64,000 nucleotides of DNA from Pecten maximus (GCF_902652985.1 NC_047020.1:25110001-25174000), one strand, 5' to 3'; counted from the first letter of the stretch, positions 1-15,700 are shown. A program made the numbers and translations. Notes: generated from the letters alone by a model not told the origin.

Positions 1-3000
1 AAATATTACTACAGACTGGCATCTAGTGGTCCATTTTTACTTTAAAGTCAACTTTAACTAACACCTTATGAAAACAATATATTCATTATGTATCAACCAG
101 AACTCATATTTTTGATGACACTGACTATAATGTATTCTAATTCACCTATATGTATATACAAATGTAAGCATATAGTATATCAACTCAAATAAATGATGAC
201 CCTGTATGTTTGTCAAATAATTTTGAGAACCTGACAATAAATCAAATTCATCAGAAGTTTAAAGATAGTTGTATAACTGCTCAGAAACGGCAAATGTCAA
301 GTCCCTCCTCACACACGGCCTTGCTATACATAACTTTTGCCTACAACATTGAGAACAAGTGCTTGAAGTGATTTTTTTCTTACATAACCTTATATAATAC
401 CTTTCTACCTGTTCATTATTTTGACCATTGACCGTACTTGAATGAAAACAGCACGCCCTTTGGCACTATCCAAAGAACTTATTTGTACAACAATACCAAT
501 ATTCAAACATTAATAAAAAAAAAAAAAAAAAAAAAACATAAATCATTATATATGCACTAACAGCTTTCCCAAAAACTTAGATCAAAATGAAACAATTGGC
601 TGATTCAGTGACTGAATCAAGACCCACAGTTTAGGGTAGACGATGTATACCGGAATTAGCCGAACTGATACGATTGGAAACAAGCCTGCCCTATGCCCTA
701 CTCTCAAGCCCTAAATGGCAGATTTAACTCACACGTTATGTGTATAGAAATTAAAGCAAATCAATAAGGGAAATATGCCAGTAATTCAATCTGTTTCACT
801 CCCACCAAAACAACAGCCCTGTATCATATAGTAGAACACGTACGACCACTATGAATGTTGTCCGGTGCTGACGTTACGTTATATATACCAGACCGTTTGG
901 GTAGACCTTGACAACGTTTTATCATACATTTGTCTGTTTACCAGCTGTTGTGAGGTTGTCTCTTCTTTCTTGTGTATTGTGATAAAAATCTAATTTAATT
1001 AGATATGTATTGATGACGTACGTGCATTTTAATCAATGTATAACTTCCGTTTTATATTTACATCAATCTGGTAATCAGATTGATTAGCTCCAAACATCGG
1101 ACATATTGCTATGGTGTTGCTATATGTCGTCACGTACAAAGTGTTTATGATATCGTGACACTTATACCAGACAAAATAACGATTAAATCAACGTTCGTTA
1201 ATTTCCATTGATGAGGATCAAAGACATAACAATGAATATTTGATGCCTGGAACAATCCACTGTACCAGACCATTGTTTGATCTGGTAATTGTACGGAATG
1301 GTTATGGCATCCAAAGCTAGCGCTACAGGTGATCCCCGCAACAGGTATACTTACCTGTAGGGTCATTAGCTCTGATTGTTTGCCACTCCAGGTAATTACA
1401 CCGAATGGTACATTGATGTATAAACTGGAGCGATAGTGCCATGGACATTTTATTGGCTATGGGACAATTGACTATTTCATGTCTTGACTAATATCCAAAT
1501 TGCTCCACTCACCTCTGTTCGGGTATTATTACTTTTATGGCCATAATGCCATAACCATTACAACTGATGATTCTCCAACATATAGGTCAGGTGGAGCATA
1601 GTGGGTCAATATATAATGGGGGACACAGACAAGTAATGGACAAATAAACTCTGCACTGAATGAACATTTACCGAATCAAGAGGAAGCTTTGTGGCGTTCG
1701 TTAAATGTTTCATCACAGGCTAAAATCTGCATGTCTCAGCTTTACCTGGAAAATCCCTACAAATTATAGCGATACATTTAATTGAATATTTCCTATTTCC
1801 TGGTTGTAAGGCATTACGTCGTTTAACCACCCCGATTTCGACCTGCGTCGCTTCTACTTTTCTCTCCAGATTTTAATAATAGTAATATTCGTAGTTTATT
1901 GCATTATGATACTACATTGTAAGAGGTATATATATATCATAGCTTTGGACATTTCACAATTTTTAGTATGCTAGACCTTCCTACCATGACAACACCATGT
2001 GATAATCCAAACACTATTACACTTTTATCTGAGTCTGCAGCTTTAGGTTGTGTTGGCTAACAACGCTATTGTCCCACAAACAAACAATGACAGTCAGGAA
2101 GCTTGGGGACGAAGACTCATAACTATATTGACGGTACAGATCGATGCTAAAAGATGGTTGCCATACACTTGCTAGTCAGACAGTGTGCGCTAGATTGATC
2201 AACAATGACATACCATAGGGATTTATGTGGAATACAATTATATATTTTTATCACTTATTGAAAATATCGACCTGGTTTTTTTCTGATACTTCTATGTCCA
2301 TGTTGATTAATTTCTCATTCAAAACTAGGTCAAGGCACAATTAAGAACAACAAATGTAAAATTTATTTTGGCCCTTAGTCATATAGCTCTTTGTTTGAAT
2401 ATTGCTTTTCCATTAGTGCATTTGATACATTTGACTGCTTCCGAAAAAAAAACTTCATCCTGTTTTCGCATATTGGCAACAGTGGGAAACATAATGGAAT
2501 TCTACGGTGTAAAATTACGTTTTTATACCACATGGAAAACATTCCTTGTCCATAACCTGATATCGACAGGTATTTAAAATACGGTATAACTATCATCAAT
2601 AGCCATAAACACAGTTTAAGCATCCAATTAAAAGTACTGGGAATTTCACTACCCATAAAAATGCTTCTGTTAATAGGATGGTTCCGGACAAGAACAAAAT
2701 TATGGAAGTTTATAGTAATAAATAAATAGGTCAGGCAATAATGAGGTGGTTTATGGTGCGTATATCAGTAGTAAAATGATAATGTACATTCTACATTTTC
2801 AACAATTGCGAAACACGTTATGTCATGTATCAATATACATGTATATCAATATATTGATGAAAGCGCATGAGGTTTTTTTTTTTTTTTTTTTTACTGTGGA
2901 AGGAAACCTGAGTATCCGGAGCAAATCATTGGCTAGGCTCTCAAATTTCATGTACAAATTTCATAGTTTTTCTTGTATTTTCATAGTTATTCTTGCGTTA

Positions 3001-5273
3001 ATTTTCATCGTTATTTAAGCTTGGAGATATCAATATTTTTAGTTCCATAGCGGTATGAAAATAATTTAATTGTAAATTGAATGAATCTGCATTTCTACAT
3101 ATTTTTTCATACTCTATGAAACAAAACAAAAAATTACAAAAATTATTTCTGAACCTGTACCTACAATTTAAAACACGTTTTATGTATATTTGTTCTAAGG
3201 CCACTCCAATTTGATTAGTAGTTCGTCGGATTTACCGCTCGCGATTTGGACAGGAACACGGAAAAATAAGATAAAAAAAATCACCGCTCCCGTTTTTCAC
3301 AACGACGTTCTGACGAATCCAGATATATTGTCCATTTCAAAAGTTAGTGTTCTCCTTAAATCGTGCCATTCATGCGTTTGTGTTGATGTCCACTTCTAAG
3401 TTAAAGCACATCCGACTGAACTGAAACTTCGTCAAGCTGACTATTATTATCAATCAGATCATGCAGGGAAAGTGTGAATAATATGTTTTTAATTCCACAT
3501 TTTGAAAATGTATTTTTGTGTTAATATTTTTTTATCAAAGCTATTGACATCCGATTGAATTGGAACTTGATCGAGTTACTCTTGTTATCTATTTGAAAGT
3601 AAATATTCTCAGGTGAAAAACTCGGAATTTGGATGGAGACGTTCATATTTTTATCAAAGCATCTCGTGGGGCCATTCATGTTTCACAAACAATTCTCTAG
3701 TTTTAAGCATTGTATTACCAATGCAGCCATTGTCCATTTTGCATAAAATTTCAGAAAAAAATGTACTAAAACAATGAATCTTCTTTATCCATATCCTTTT
3801 GTTTCCAATGCAGGGTATTTGTTAACAAATCAATTCTCCATGTAAGGATAGACAATTTAGTTATACAAATACATGTAGGTATTTAGTCTACTCTGTAACA
3901 ATATATTGAAAGGTAAACCAATATTGCAGTGTGGTGCAAAATGTATGCATTCTGACATTGCATTATTGATGAATTTGTATTGATTTGATATGTGCATGAT
4001 TGTGAATAGTTGAAATAATATGAAAAATGATGGTATAACTGTATTTATTCTGAGAATATGACATCGCATTGGTGTACCCGGTGTAAATTTAGTCTAGCCT
4101 ATAAATGTCTAGTCAATGAAGATACAGTTAGAGTAGGAGTTTTTATTTACAAGTTAATTTGTATTAATAAAAGTGGAAGTTTATAAGTTTATGTAATTTA
4201 CTTTTACTGTTACGATGTAATACTTTATTTCATTTCATTTTTTTGATGTCACTGTGATTACTTTATGGCAGGCTAGCATAGATATTAAACTTATATTTTG
4301 TTTTGTTTAAGTTTTTTTTAAATAGATTTTGCATAATCATTTCAAACAAAAATGTTTTCTGGTTCTTGTGAATTCTTTTATCTCTTTCTGAAGCTATGCA
4401 TTATACAGTTACATGTATTATACAGCATTCATGGTACATGTATGCTTTGGTTTATGATTTGTTATGTTTATCTAAAAAAAAACTGTAGTTTTGAGAAACA
4501 AAACTATATTTCACCATATTTTATACCGCTCGCACCTAATTTGTGGAAAATAAAAGATAAAATTAAATTAAAAAATAAAAAATAAAAATTCCGAAGAACT
4601 TCTAATCAAGTTTGTGCGGCGTAATGACGTGGAAAAATAACAAGTCATAAGACCGTACTACCAGCCTGTAATCATCAGTGCTAGCTCTTTCATACTGGCT
4701 TACTAAACGGAATGAAATAACGACAATTTTAGACATACACAAAGATCGTATGCAAGTCAAGTGTTATACGATTATCACGAAGAGATTAACCCTACGGCGG
4801 ATTAGTATAATCGCCACTATTCAGACACCTTGATGAAAAGCTATGTTGATGGATAGTTTAATCCCAGGGGTTTGTTGTATCTATAATCTATAATTCTGTA
4901 TTTTTACATTCGTATATCGTATATTTTTTTTTATATTTCTATAACTATAATATGATAACATTTATCTTCACTACTGACATGAACAAAACAAGCACTGATA
5001 TCAGTTCGTACCTCAGTTGATAGCATCTTTTATAAAACAAGATTGTATTTATCAGGCATAATTTCCAGGTGAGGTAAGATTTGGCGATTTCAACATGAAG
5101 ATTAAGTGATGTTTAAGTAAATAATTAAGAAAGTTTTAATAAATAATGAATCACATTTGACAAAAACTTGATTAGTGGTTTTCATGCTTGCTAATTATTT
5201 TGATTTTATAAGCATCAAGTCAACCGTGCTGAAAACAAACGCTCAGTAATATGTATTATAATGCACAACGTGT

Positions 5274-5474
5274 ATGGTTTGGTTTGTTTTGTTTAACGTC
5301 CTATTAACAGCCAAGGTCATTTAAAGACGTGCCAGGTTTTGGAGGTGGAGGAAAGCCGGAGTATCCGGAGAAAAACCACCGGCCTACGGTCAGTACCTGG
5401 CAACCTCGCAAACTCGCAACCCAGAGGTCTAGTGATAAAGTGTCGGGACACCTTAACCACTCGGAAACCGCCCC
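5274..5474 (-). mobile_element. tRNA-derived SINE (Meta/V-core-like), near full length
   Basis: Minus strand begins GGGGCGGTTTCCGAGTGGTTAAGG (A-box-like). Central GGTTTTTCTCCGGATACTCCGGCTTTCCTCCAC core and an (AAACC)n tail. A second copy lies at 23417-23570. Confidence 0.8.
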
Positions 5475-6431
5475 ACCCCCACGTGTATAAGTGTATGAAT
5501 GACAGTAGTCTTGTAATAAATAAAGATGGAATAGGTAAAATGCAGGTTATATTTAAAAACAAAGTTTAATGATGACATTCATTTAGAGTTGTATCCGTGG
5601 CAAGATAAATGAAACAGGGAATACATTATCTTTACGCAAAATGAAAGAGAAAGTCACAGAATTAATCTTATTATTACAGTGTACAAGACCTTGTTATTTA
5701 GTTACTGTATAGGATAACAAAATATGCCATTTACTTATTTAGTAATATTCCACGCGCTACATTCAAAACTGATATATCCGTATTCAATGAACATGTCTAT
5801 TAATAACAACCATGCCAATCTTGTTGCTTGACTGAAAATGGTAGTTGAGAATGGCTCCGATTATTGACATTTATCGAGGAGACGATGAATAGTTGTTATG
5901 GCTAACAGGCAGTTTTGTAAGGTGTTACCTATCATATCAACAGGCCATACCGTCCGATAGTGTGAGAGAAGCAACCAATGCAATCCCGACATTACCAGTG
6001 AAATATATATTGTCCCATTCTTCATCTATAAATATATATATATATATTTCTCCTGTCGCCTCCAATCAGCGGGCAGAATCCATAAAACGTGTTCACTCCT
6101 AATGGTAACGGGACATTATAACGAGAATAGGTGTATACATAAATACACAACTGTCGAGACAGACACTACAGTTGGATTGCGCGCTTAACGTTAAGCCATA
6201 CAATACCATCAGAGGATCAACAGATTACGTGTAAGGATACGTAACAAACAGTCTTTCAGGGATTATCTAACTAAAGCTATATGCTATAGTGTATGGATGA
6301 TTGTGTTGCAACGTTCAGTATCGAGAATGAACTGCTACTGACCACATCATTGTGTGGTGGAACTACAATTTGTGGATACTTAATAATACCATAGCTACGA
6401 ATTGATATCTTATGGTAACCAAACCGAAACC

Positions 6432-8201
6432 ATGAAAGGCATGTCCTCGCCAGAAGGAAGGAATCATAGGCCGATACTTACTATTAACATCGACAAAAAC
6501 CCTCAGCAGATCACCAAACCGAAAAATACATCTCCTCGGAATAAGACTGCAATAGTTGGGATGTTCCCTCCTATTGCTGAGGAGCATCTTCTTCAAAAGT
6601 CCCAGCCGTCCTACCCGATATCGCCTAAAACAGTTAAACAAGAGACTAGCAATGTAACATTCAAACAGGAAAATCAACCAACCTCACCTCTGGAGACGAC
6701 TACAGGACGACGGTTATCAGTAAGCAATGGAGTGGGGTTAGTCCGAAACATGGCGTCATTAAAATCGATGGGGAAGGATTTCAACTGTTCTTAAAGCTAA
6801 GATGGCTTTTAAAAGTCGTAGCAAAAGACAGCCAGTTAATCCTGTAGTGGAGGAAGAGGAGGATTTGATCATAGAACTTCCAAAGGAACCTCGCTTCTCC
6901 ACAACGATGTCTCCGGAGGCGCAATATGCCATTATGAAAGGATATGAAGATACGGTGTATAATTATCTATGTAAAGAATACCCGGAGCAAAGGCCGTCCC
7001 TGCGAAGGAACAAAACACCCATTTCAAAACTTGATCATCGAAACAGAGACGAAGCCCGGAACATGCAAGACCACGATTCCACCCGTGAACTATCGACGAG
7101 AAATGACTCAGAACGAGAGGAGAGTGATTCTGCTTCTCAAAGTTCCTCTATCGATTCCCCTTTGTCAGGTTCATCATTTACATTCCCTTCTCCTCAATCG
7201 GCCAACATGTCGAGACGAGCGTCCATGCCAGTTACGGCCATAAGCTTTAAGAAATTTGGTCGGTCTGGGAGTCTTAGTACTTCGCCGTCCGTTTCTGTCG
7301 ACTCGTCGTTAACTCGTACGAACAGTTTACCAAGTGTTATCCCACGGGAAAAACAGTTGGTTTTGTCATATCGCCTCCAGAGAGCTATGGATATATTAGA
7401 CACAGTCCGAGACGGTGTGGGCGATAACTACACCTCCCCGAGAGTCCGAGCCAGTACCAACAAGAATATCAAGCCGGTCTTGGACTATAACAAGTGGACC
7501 GGCGTCTGGGGTCGGGAATTCAGCGATCTTGGCAAAATCAGTACGTATCCATTTCATTTAATAACGTTCAAACACCATGATTTATGATGATTTAGGACTG
7601 TCAATATTGTTATTTGCGTTTTGTTCATACAACATTAGAATATCATAAACAAAGATTATGTAAGTGAAGAAACACGTAATGAGACTAACGTGGGTCGCCG
7701 ACGATTTATTGTTAATGATGTAGAAAACAAAAAACATCGCTGTTATAGCAACTTTTTCGTGTAAGTTATATAATCGAAATTAATAAATACATATTAAAAT
7801 CTGAAATTGGTTAGTCTAGGACCGGTTTCATCAATATTCCTTGATTTAAAGAAAATTCCACAACTTATTTTTTTCCTCAGGAAAGCATTACAGAATTTAA
7901 GGCAGAAATCTAAGTAAAGGAAACTTAAATTCTGTAACGCTAACCTTCTGATAATGTGTGGTTAAGACATATTGATGAGACTGACCCCTTGTGACACTCT
8001 CGTACATAGTATACATCTGGTAGAAAACACTAACCTGTATTTATAAAATACTAAACACTAAATATTCACCTAACTTAACTATACTCGAATTATTTTGTTT
8101 GTGGCAAAATTTGTAATGGGGTTTATGTTCTTCTATACATTTCTAAACATTTGAGTGTAATAAATATTATTTTCTATGATTCCGTTTCAGAAACAAAATA
8201 A
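6432..8201 (+). CDS. Uncharacterised Ser/Arg-rich protein; exons 6432-7540 and 8191-8201, with a 1-bp frameshift near 6783
   Basis: ORFs 6432-6794 and 6802-7587 join as ...MGKDFTVLKAKMAFK... if one A at 6783-6784 is removed. Phase-1 donor GTACGT at 7541 and acceptor TTTCAG ending at 8190 give ...GKIKTK*. AATAAA at 8737. No recognisable domain. Confidence 0.65.
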
Positions 8202-9219
8202 TCTCCGATTAACTGAAAGGATAAGAAATGACGTCATTTCTACACGGGGACAATAGCTGTCAAGTCTGTCTACCGTGTTAAGGAATATACATTGGACAAT
8301 AAACATCATTTACTGACGTATGAAGGAGGGGAATCCCAGGGCAAGCATTATAATATGGAATGGAAAGCTTGATTCGCATAAACTGGTAGTGGACCGTAAC
8401 AATATATGTGGGATTTATGGGGCATATTGTCATTTATGCATATGTCGGATAACCTCATATATGGTTGTTTAATAACATGTATATACTATTGAAGAGGCTT
8501 AAATGGACGAAATGAAAGACGAAATCGATACTTTGCTTGGCCGTACACTTATTTTCTAAATATGTGCTTCCTGTGATTGTGTTTCTAGTGCTTTAGTACC
8601 AAACTAAAAACATTGTACTGTCTGCAAATGTTACAACTCGGCCACTAAATAGTGCACTTTTCTTTCGAGAGGTAATGACTTGTATAATAATATTACATGA
8701 TTTTTTTTATCTTTGTATTATATCCAATTCGATGGAAATAAAATCTGTACATATAATCATAGTAAGTTTTGTTTAAAACGGATAATTTGTATATAGTTTT
8801 TTTCATCTTTTTTGTCTCCTCTGCAATGTCACTTTATTAGCACTGTTTCTTGTAAATTAAACCATAAAACAGCATACTGTAGTTATCGCCCACAACAGAT
8901 ACACAGTTCTGTAAGTAAAGGTAAAATAGAAGCGAAACCATACACAAACTTTGGAAAGGTCATCACGAGATTCAATCTAATATATCGAATTCCGTCAAAT
9001 GCTGCTTTCTAAGAAAATTGGAGCTAAATTAATCGAAATAAAACGAGGTCGGCTGATTTACGTTAGAGATTGTCCACTTACAAGTAATCTAGTTATTTTA
9101 ATGACGTTATTTGACAAGGGAAAATTTTCAGATGAAAGTACATTATTATAGGTCACTGGGAAAGTGAATATTGTATTATGGAGTTATGAAGCAATGTTAA
9201 TAAGAATTAAATATAAATG

Positions 9220-11415
9220 TTGTATTTCGTCCTATTCTTACACAGTAATATTTCATTATCTTTTGACTTAGTTATAATTCATCTCATGCTGACATTTATA
9301 GTTTGTCGTATGTTGACATGTTAACAGTCATATTTCGTCGTATGTTGACACAGTTGTATTTCGTCGTATGTTGACAGTTATATTTCGTCCTATGTTGACA
9401 CAGTTATATTTCGTCCTATGTTGGCATATTAATATTTCGTCCTGTTAACACAGTTATATTTCGTCCTATGTTGACACAACTATATTTCGTCCTATGTTGA
9501 CACAACTATATTTCGTCCTATGTTGACAACTATATTTCGTCCTATGTTGGCATGGTTGTATTTCACCCTTTTGACACAGTTATATTTCGTCCTATATTGA
9601 CAGTTATATTTCGTCCTATGTTGGCATATTAATATTTCGTCCTATATTGACACAGTTATATTTCGTCCTATGTTGGCATATTAATATTTCGTCCTGTTAA
9701 CACAGTTATATTTCGTCCTATGTTGGCATATTAATATTTCGTCCTGTTAACACAGTTATATTTCGTCCTATGTTGACACAACTATATTTCGTCCTATGTT
9801 GACACGACTATATTTCGTCCTATGTTGACATAACTATATTTCGCCCTATGTTGACGCAGCTATATTTCGTCCTAACTATATTTCGTCCTATGTTGACACG
9901 ACTATATTTCGTCCTATGTTGACATAACTATATTTCGCCCTATGTTGACGCAGCTATATTTCGTCCTATGTTGACACAACTATATTTCGTCTTATGTTGA
10001 CACGACTATATTTCGTCCTATGTTGGCATGGTTGTATTTCGCCCTTTTGACAGTTATATTTCGTCCTATGTTAGCACTGATATATTTCGTCTTATGTTGA
10101 CACAGTTATATTTCGTCCTGTTGACAATTTCGTCCTATGTTAGCACTGATATATTTCGTACTATGTTGACAAAGTTATATTTTGTCATATGTTGACAAAG
10201 TTATATTTCGCCCTATGTCGACACCGTTGTATTTCGTCTTATCGACACAGTTATATTTCATCCTATGCTACCAGCTATATTTCATCCTATTCTGACAGTT
10301 ATATTTCGTTCTATTTTGTCACAGTTATATTTCGTCCTATGACGACACCGTTATATTTCGTCCTATGTTGGCATAGCTATATTTCTTCCTGTTTACATAG
10401 TTATATTTCGTCCTATGTTGACATAGTTATATTTCGTCCTGTTGACAAATTTATATTTCGTCCTATATCAGCACTGATATATTTCGTTCTATGTTAGCAC
10501 TGATATATTTCGTCCTATTTTGACACGATGACATAGCTACATTTGTAGATTTCGTCCTATACTGACAAAGTTTTATTTCGTCCTATGTTTATAAATAATA
10601 TTTTGTCCAATGTCGACACCATTATATTTTGTCCTATTTTGACACAATTATATTTCGACGTATGTTGACACTGTTATATTTCGTCCTTTTTTAGCACATA
10701 GATATTTCGTCTTACGTTGATTCAGTTAAATTTCGTCATATGTTGACAGTTATATCAAGTCGTATGTTGACACAGTTATATCAAGCCGTATGTTGACACA
10801 GTTAAATTTCGTCCTATGATGATACAGCTATATTTTGTCGTATGTTGACACAGTTAAATTTCGTCCTATGATAATACAGCTATATTTTGTCGTATGTCCA
10901 CACAGTTATATTTCTTCCTATATTGACATAGTAACATTTTCCTATGTTGACTAAGGAATATTTCGCCCTATGTTGACAGTTATTTTTCGTCATTTGTTGA
11001 CACAGTTATATTTTGTCCTATTTTGACACCGATATAGTTCGTCGTATGTTGACACAGTTACATTTCGTCGTATGTCGACACAGTTATATTTTTCTTCCTA
11101 TGTTGACAGTTATATTTTGTCCTATTAAAACAGTTATGTTTCATCCTATTCGGACACAGTAATATTTTGTCCTATGTTGACACAGTTATATTTCGTCCTA
11201 TTTTGGCACAGATATATTTCGTCGTATGTTTACACAGGTATATTTCGTCGTATGTTGACACAGCTATATTTCGTCGTATGTTTACACAGGTATAGTTCGT
11301 TCTATGTTGACAGTTAAATTTTGTCGTATGTTGACACAGTATTTCGTCCTATGCTGACAGTTCGTTTTTGTCGTATGTTGACACAATTGGATTTTCGTCC
11401 TGTTGACAGTTATAT
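9220..11415. repeat. Minisatellite, ~24-26 bp unit TTATATTTCGTCCTATGTTGACACAG
   Basis: Dozens of visible tandem copies, degenerate at both edges. Confidence 0.97.
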
Positions 11416-11996
11416 TTGTTTATCTATTGAAACGGCTGTCCGTTGTCATTTCTAACACAAGTTTCCTTATGTTGACAGAACATACTATATGTGACATTTT
11501 TTTGTTTTTTGCCCTGGGTAGACAAATTACATATTTCCTGTTGATAATGTTGTAAATTTTGTTCATTTGTTATGTCAATGACAGTACAGTAAGAGGTTGG
11601 TTGTCATTATATCGACTAGCCCCCGGCATACATAACAATGGATGTCGGTGGCTCATATTAATCACTTTACATAATTACGGCGGTAAGGTCTGTAGTAACA
11701 ACAGATTTGTTTTAATACACAGTAAACGGCGATATCAATAAAAGCCACGAAACTAGTAATCTGTGACAAGGTTAGGGGTATCAAATATTTATATTTCCCT
11801 TCGACCAGAGCCCGGTACAATTAGACTTAATTCAATATTTACACAGTAAACATATATCAAGCTTTAGAATGACCTCCTCAATCAGAAGTCAATATCTAGG
11901 TGTGAATGGCCGACAACGCCAGGTTGCCCTTTAATTGTTAACAAACCTATTAACATAACTGGAGTCAGTTATAATATCGCACCTGTATATCCTGTT

Positions 11997-12171
11997 NNNN
12001 NNNNNNNNNNNNNNNNNNNNNNNNNNNNNNNNNNNNNNNNNNNNNNNNNNNNNNNNNNNNNNNNNNNNNNNNNNNNNNNNNNNNNNNNNNNNNNNNNNNN
12101 NNNNNNNNNNNNNNNNNNNNNNNNNNNNNNNNNNNNNNNNNNNNNNNNNNNNNNNNNNNNNNNNNNNNNNN
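11997..12171. other. Assembly gap (175 N)
   Basis: Run of N. Confidence 1.
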
Positions 12172-13607
12172 AAGTAGTCTTTCATTTAGCCAACATATAT
12201 ACAATAAACACGTCAATAGCGTCGAGTCACTAAGACGAACGTGAGCAGAAGGAAGGTAATTTCACGATTAATAGTAAAGGTTTAAATGTCTTACTCACTT
12301 AATACAATAATTCACTATAACAAAAAACACCAAGAATTGCTCAATACAATCATATATTGGTCATAAATCACTTCATAAAGGACCCACATTTAATGGTTGA
12401 TGCTCAGCTTATTCTGTTAATAATAGTTTTGGCAATACTTCAAACTGAAAGTCCGTTTTTTAATTAGAATAATATACGATAATAGTTGAGAAACACTACA
12501 CTTCTATTTAACTCTGGTTTCTACAGAGGAATTTAGTCAATGTCGTTTAGTTTTCATACATTATAATCATTACAATTACAGGACATTGTATTGAATGTAT
12601 TTACTGTCAGAAGTTTAATAGTTTATATGAATGAATCGCTTCAGTTTTCAACTAGTCATGTACTTTTAAACATCCGTACTCTTTCAAATCGGAAATGAAA
12701 TTCTGTTCATTCGTTGTACATTTACAAAGGAACAAACACCGGTTACCGTGTCACGTGACAAACGCGGAGTTATCCGCCTTCTGATGGTAGTAACACAACT
12801 AATATTAAAGTAATTATCAGACTTGCAGAAATATATATATGTCTGGAAGCAGTAATGAAACAAAGCATGGAAAGTGTAGTTTTGTCGGTCATATGTCGTG
12901 TTTGACTATAAACAATTACATACTTAGGTAGGTTATCAATTAACGGGTTAAGAGGTCTACATTACAGGATTAATTACCAAGTCAAAAGTGTAAATATTAA
13001 CGCCTTTCATGGTCATAGGAAACCATGACTTTGTTCACGATCACTTTCTTATTATACCATTTACTGACGCAAAACATTCATAACAACGTATTTAGGACAC
13101 TGGTTACGTTACTCCTATACACCTATAGTGTATTTGTTTGGTTCGGATTAACCGCTAACATATAAGAGGGGGTTACAAAATAAAGGCAGGAGTTAACATG
13201 TACCAAAAAATGGACATTCCGCTCGGTATAAAAACTTTGAAAAGTGTTGACAAAAGACATATAGTAAAACTATTGAGAAAAATGTTTTAAAATTACAAAT
13301 GTAGTGATATTAAAACAAGAAAAATATAATATCTATACAATCAATATGTAACATGATATGAGAAGACTGCTTTCATAAATTATATATACATATTGATCAA
13401 CATTCAATGTTTGTAAGCAGGACTAATTTGGCGCAGTTTAAAATCCCTGTGTAGGAATTGCATCCCCCCCCCCCCCCAGAGACCGATGACCGATATATCT
13501 ATCCTCCCTCAACACCACGAGGCGTTACAGCCCAAACACAGTAATGTAAACTGTATCTATTTTACAACAACTGCAATTCAAGTTAAATCAACTTATATTA
13601 ATCACGC

Positions 13608-13783
13608 TTGTTGGCCCGATTGAAGCGTGCGAGGGGTTTTACTGTGGTTGGAAACCGGAAAACCATGAGGGAAACCGACGTAGTCGGACATGTGACCACA
13701 TACCTTTCACATCCGATCGAGAAATCGAACCCCGTCCGTCTATTTGAAAGACAAGTATGTTGCTGCTGTGCCAACCGACCACC
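13608..13783 (-). mobile_element. Degraded tRNA-derived SINE (second family)
   Basis: Minus-strand B-box-like GGTTCGATTTC (plus strand GAAATCGAACC) and core-like TTTTCCGGTTTCCAACCACAGTAAAAA. A related fragment lies at ~2888-2930. Confidence 0.55.
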
Positions 13784-14974
13784 TATTACCTACAATAATT
13801 GTAGATAACTATTTGTTGAAAGTAATATGAACATGACAGTTTTTTTTATTTAACAATTAAGCATTGTTGTAATTATTATCATTTTAATTGGCCAATTCGA
13901 ATGTGAATTATACAGAGTGAAATGAAAATAATATACTTTTTATTGTAAATTGATTTCGCATCGTAGTCAGACATGTATGTTGATATATATGTAGATATGT
14001 TTACAATAACGTTAATGCTTATCAGAAACATCACATGTATTAATCATGATAACAGTAACATTGATATTTAAACCTCCTGGACCACTGAACATAAATAAAA
14101 CATATGAGTAAACACAACCTGGGACCATTGTAACTCTTTATACAGCTCGACACGTCCATGTCATCAATGTTTGATGATTAGCGACATTTTGAGTTAATTA
14201 TAGCTCTTTGGCCTCCATGTCACCTCGCGAATGAACACTAGCTTTTCATGATCGATGCTTTGATGATTGTATCTTTCTCATGCACGCGACCTGTTTTAGA
14301 TATCAAATACACATGTATGATCTTGTCGTGAAAATGGTACAACTCGCAAAAAAAAACGAACATTGAAATTGACGGGTTGTTTTTGTTGAAGTCATGCATT
14401 TCTGTTTTACAATTGTGCAGGACCATGCAGTAATACGGTGTATATGATCATTTGTGTCTGTGACAATATCTTGATCGTTCTTAGTTATGTACAAACTCTT
14501 TTATCATAGATATATGCATATTATATAGCATGTATTTAATTCCACAAGTATTTTATTCCTAAATTGAAAATTAATCAAAGTGCTGTGTACTCATGGTACG
14601 TATTGTGTTTTAATAAAAACTTTAAAGCATTAAAAGTTATAGAATGTTCTTATTACAATTTTCTTTGTGTATCTTATTGGTGCTTTTCTAATATGTATTT
14701 CTAGTTTTTATTTTGCAAAATTGCACTCTCACTATATTTTACTTACAACCTATCAATCTATTCGCCACGATATGACACCCAGACAATTGACACAGGGGTT
14801 ACATAGTGTCATGGCCGACAAATGGCCAATTTGTCACTATGGTTGGCAGCAGCCTAATTATCATGAATAATTCATTCCATTTTGGAATCAAGAGCTAATT
14901 GATCATTATAATCCAACTTGGGATCTGAGGCGGAGTTTAAATCAAAATAAGGTCATATTTCAATCAGCTGACAT

Positions 14975-15700
14975 TAACGTATGGATTAGCATTAACGAAT
15001 TACAAATGTATAACTGACAGATTGTTAGCAGTACCACTTGGGTGACTACTTATTGTATAACTTTTCTTTTAATTATACAATTTGCTGTATTTATTAATAT
15101 CGGGATTCAGAGTACATTATATTGTATTCGCGTTACATTTGAATGGAAGAGAATGTAATTGATGGGTAATACGCAAGTTAAATATTTGTGAACACCAAGT
15201 TGAATAGACAAGTCAACATTCTCTTCAAAAAAGGTCTGTATTCTTATTCCATCCCGTTCTAAGGGGTTTGATCGGTGACTTTTCACATCCTGAAAGACCA
15301 CCATTAATATCGTCGTCAATCTCCCCACCACAGGACGTTTTCTCTATACACTATGTATTCATTGATAATATTTCATTGTTGATTACAGATTATTTTTTAT
15401 TCATCATTAATTTCCAGATTTAATAATCGAGTAGTTCTGCAGAGTAGATAATTATTCTTTTATTATTTTATCATACACATATATCACTGTTTATTTGATT
15501 TGAGCTCATACAACTCAGTGAATTCTCAGATGGTCTGCTCAAGTCTGGATCAACTTAGACGAATATAATTAACAAGCCCACGATAGAGTTAATGTTCTTT
15601 TGTCGACAAAGTTAATTTACCATAAAAATACTTACTATAATACCAGATTAAGTATTACTGTGTACTTAATTATAAAGTGATATCAATATAGCGCTTCAGT
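14975..15700. repeat. Dispersed duplication, copy A (paralogous to 27618-28430)
   Basis: Long colinear similarity, e.g. TGTGAACACCAAGTTGAATAG.CAAGTCAACATTCTCTTCAAAAA and TTTTCACATCCTGAAAGAC.ACCATTAATATCGT in both copies. Confidence 0.9.

Noticed and set aside
1145-1750. Slightly GC-richer, coding-looking stretch
   Set aside because: Stops in the frames I read and no recognisable motif or splice structure.
9220-11415. CRISPR array or ORF 10189-10497
   Set aside because: Contiguous tandem units without unique spacers.
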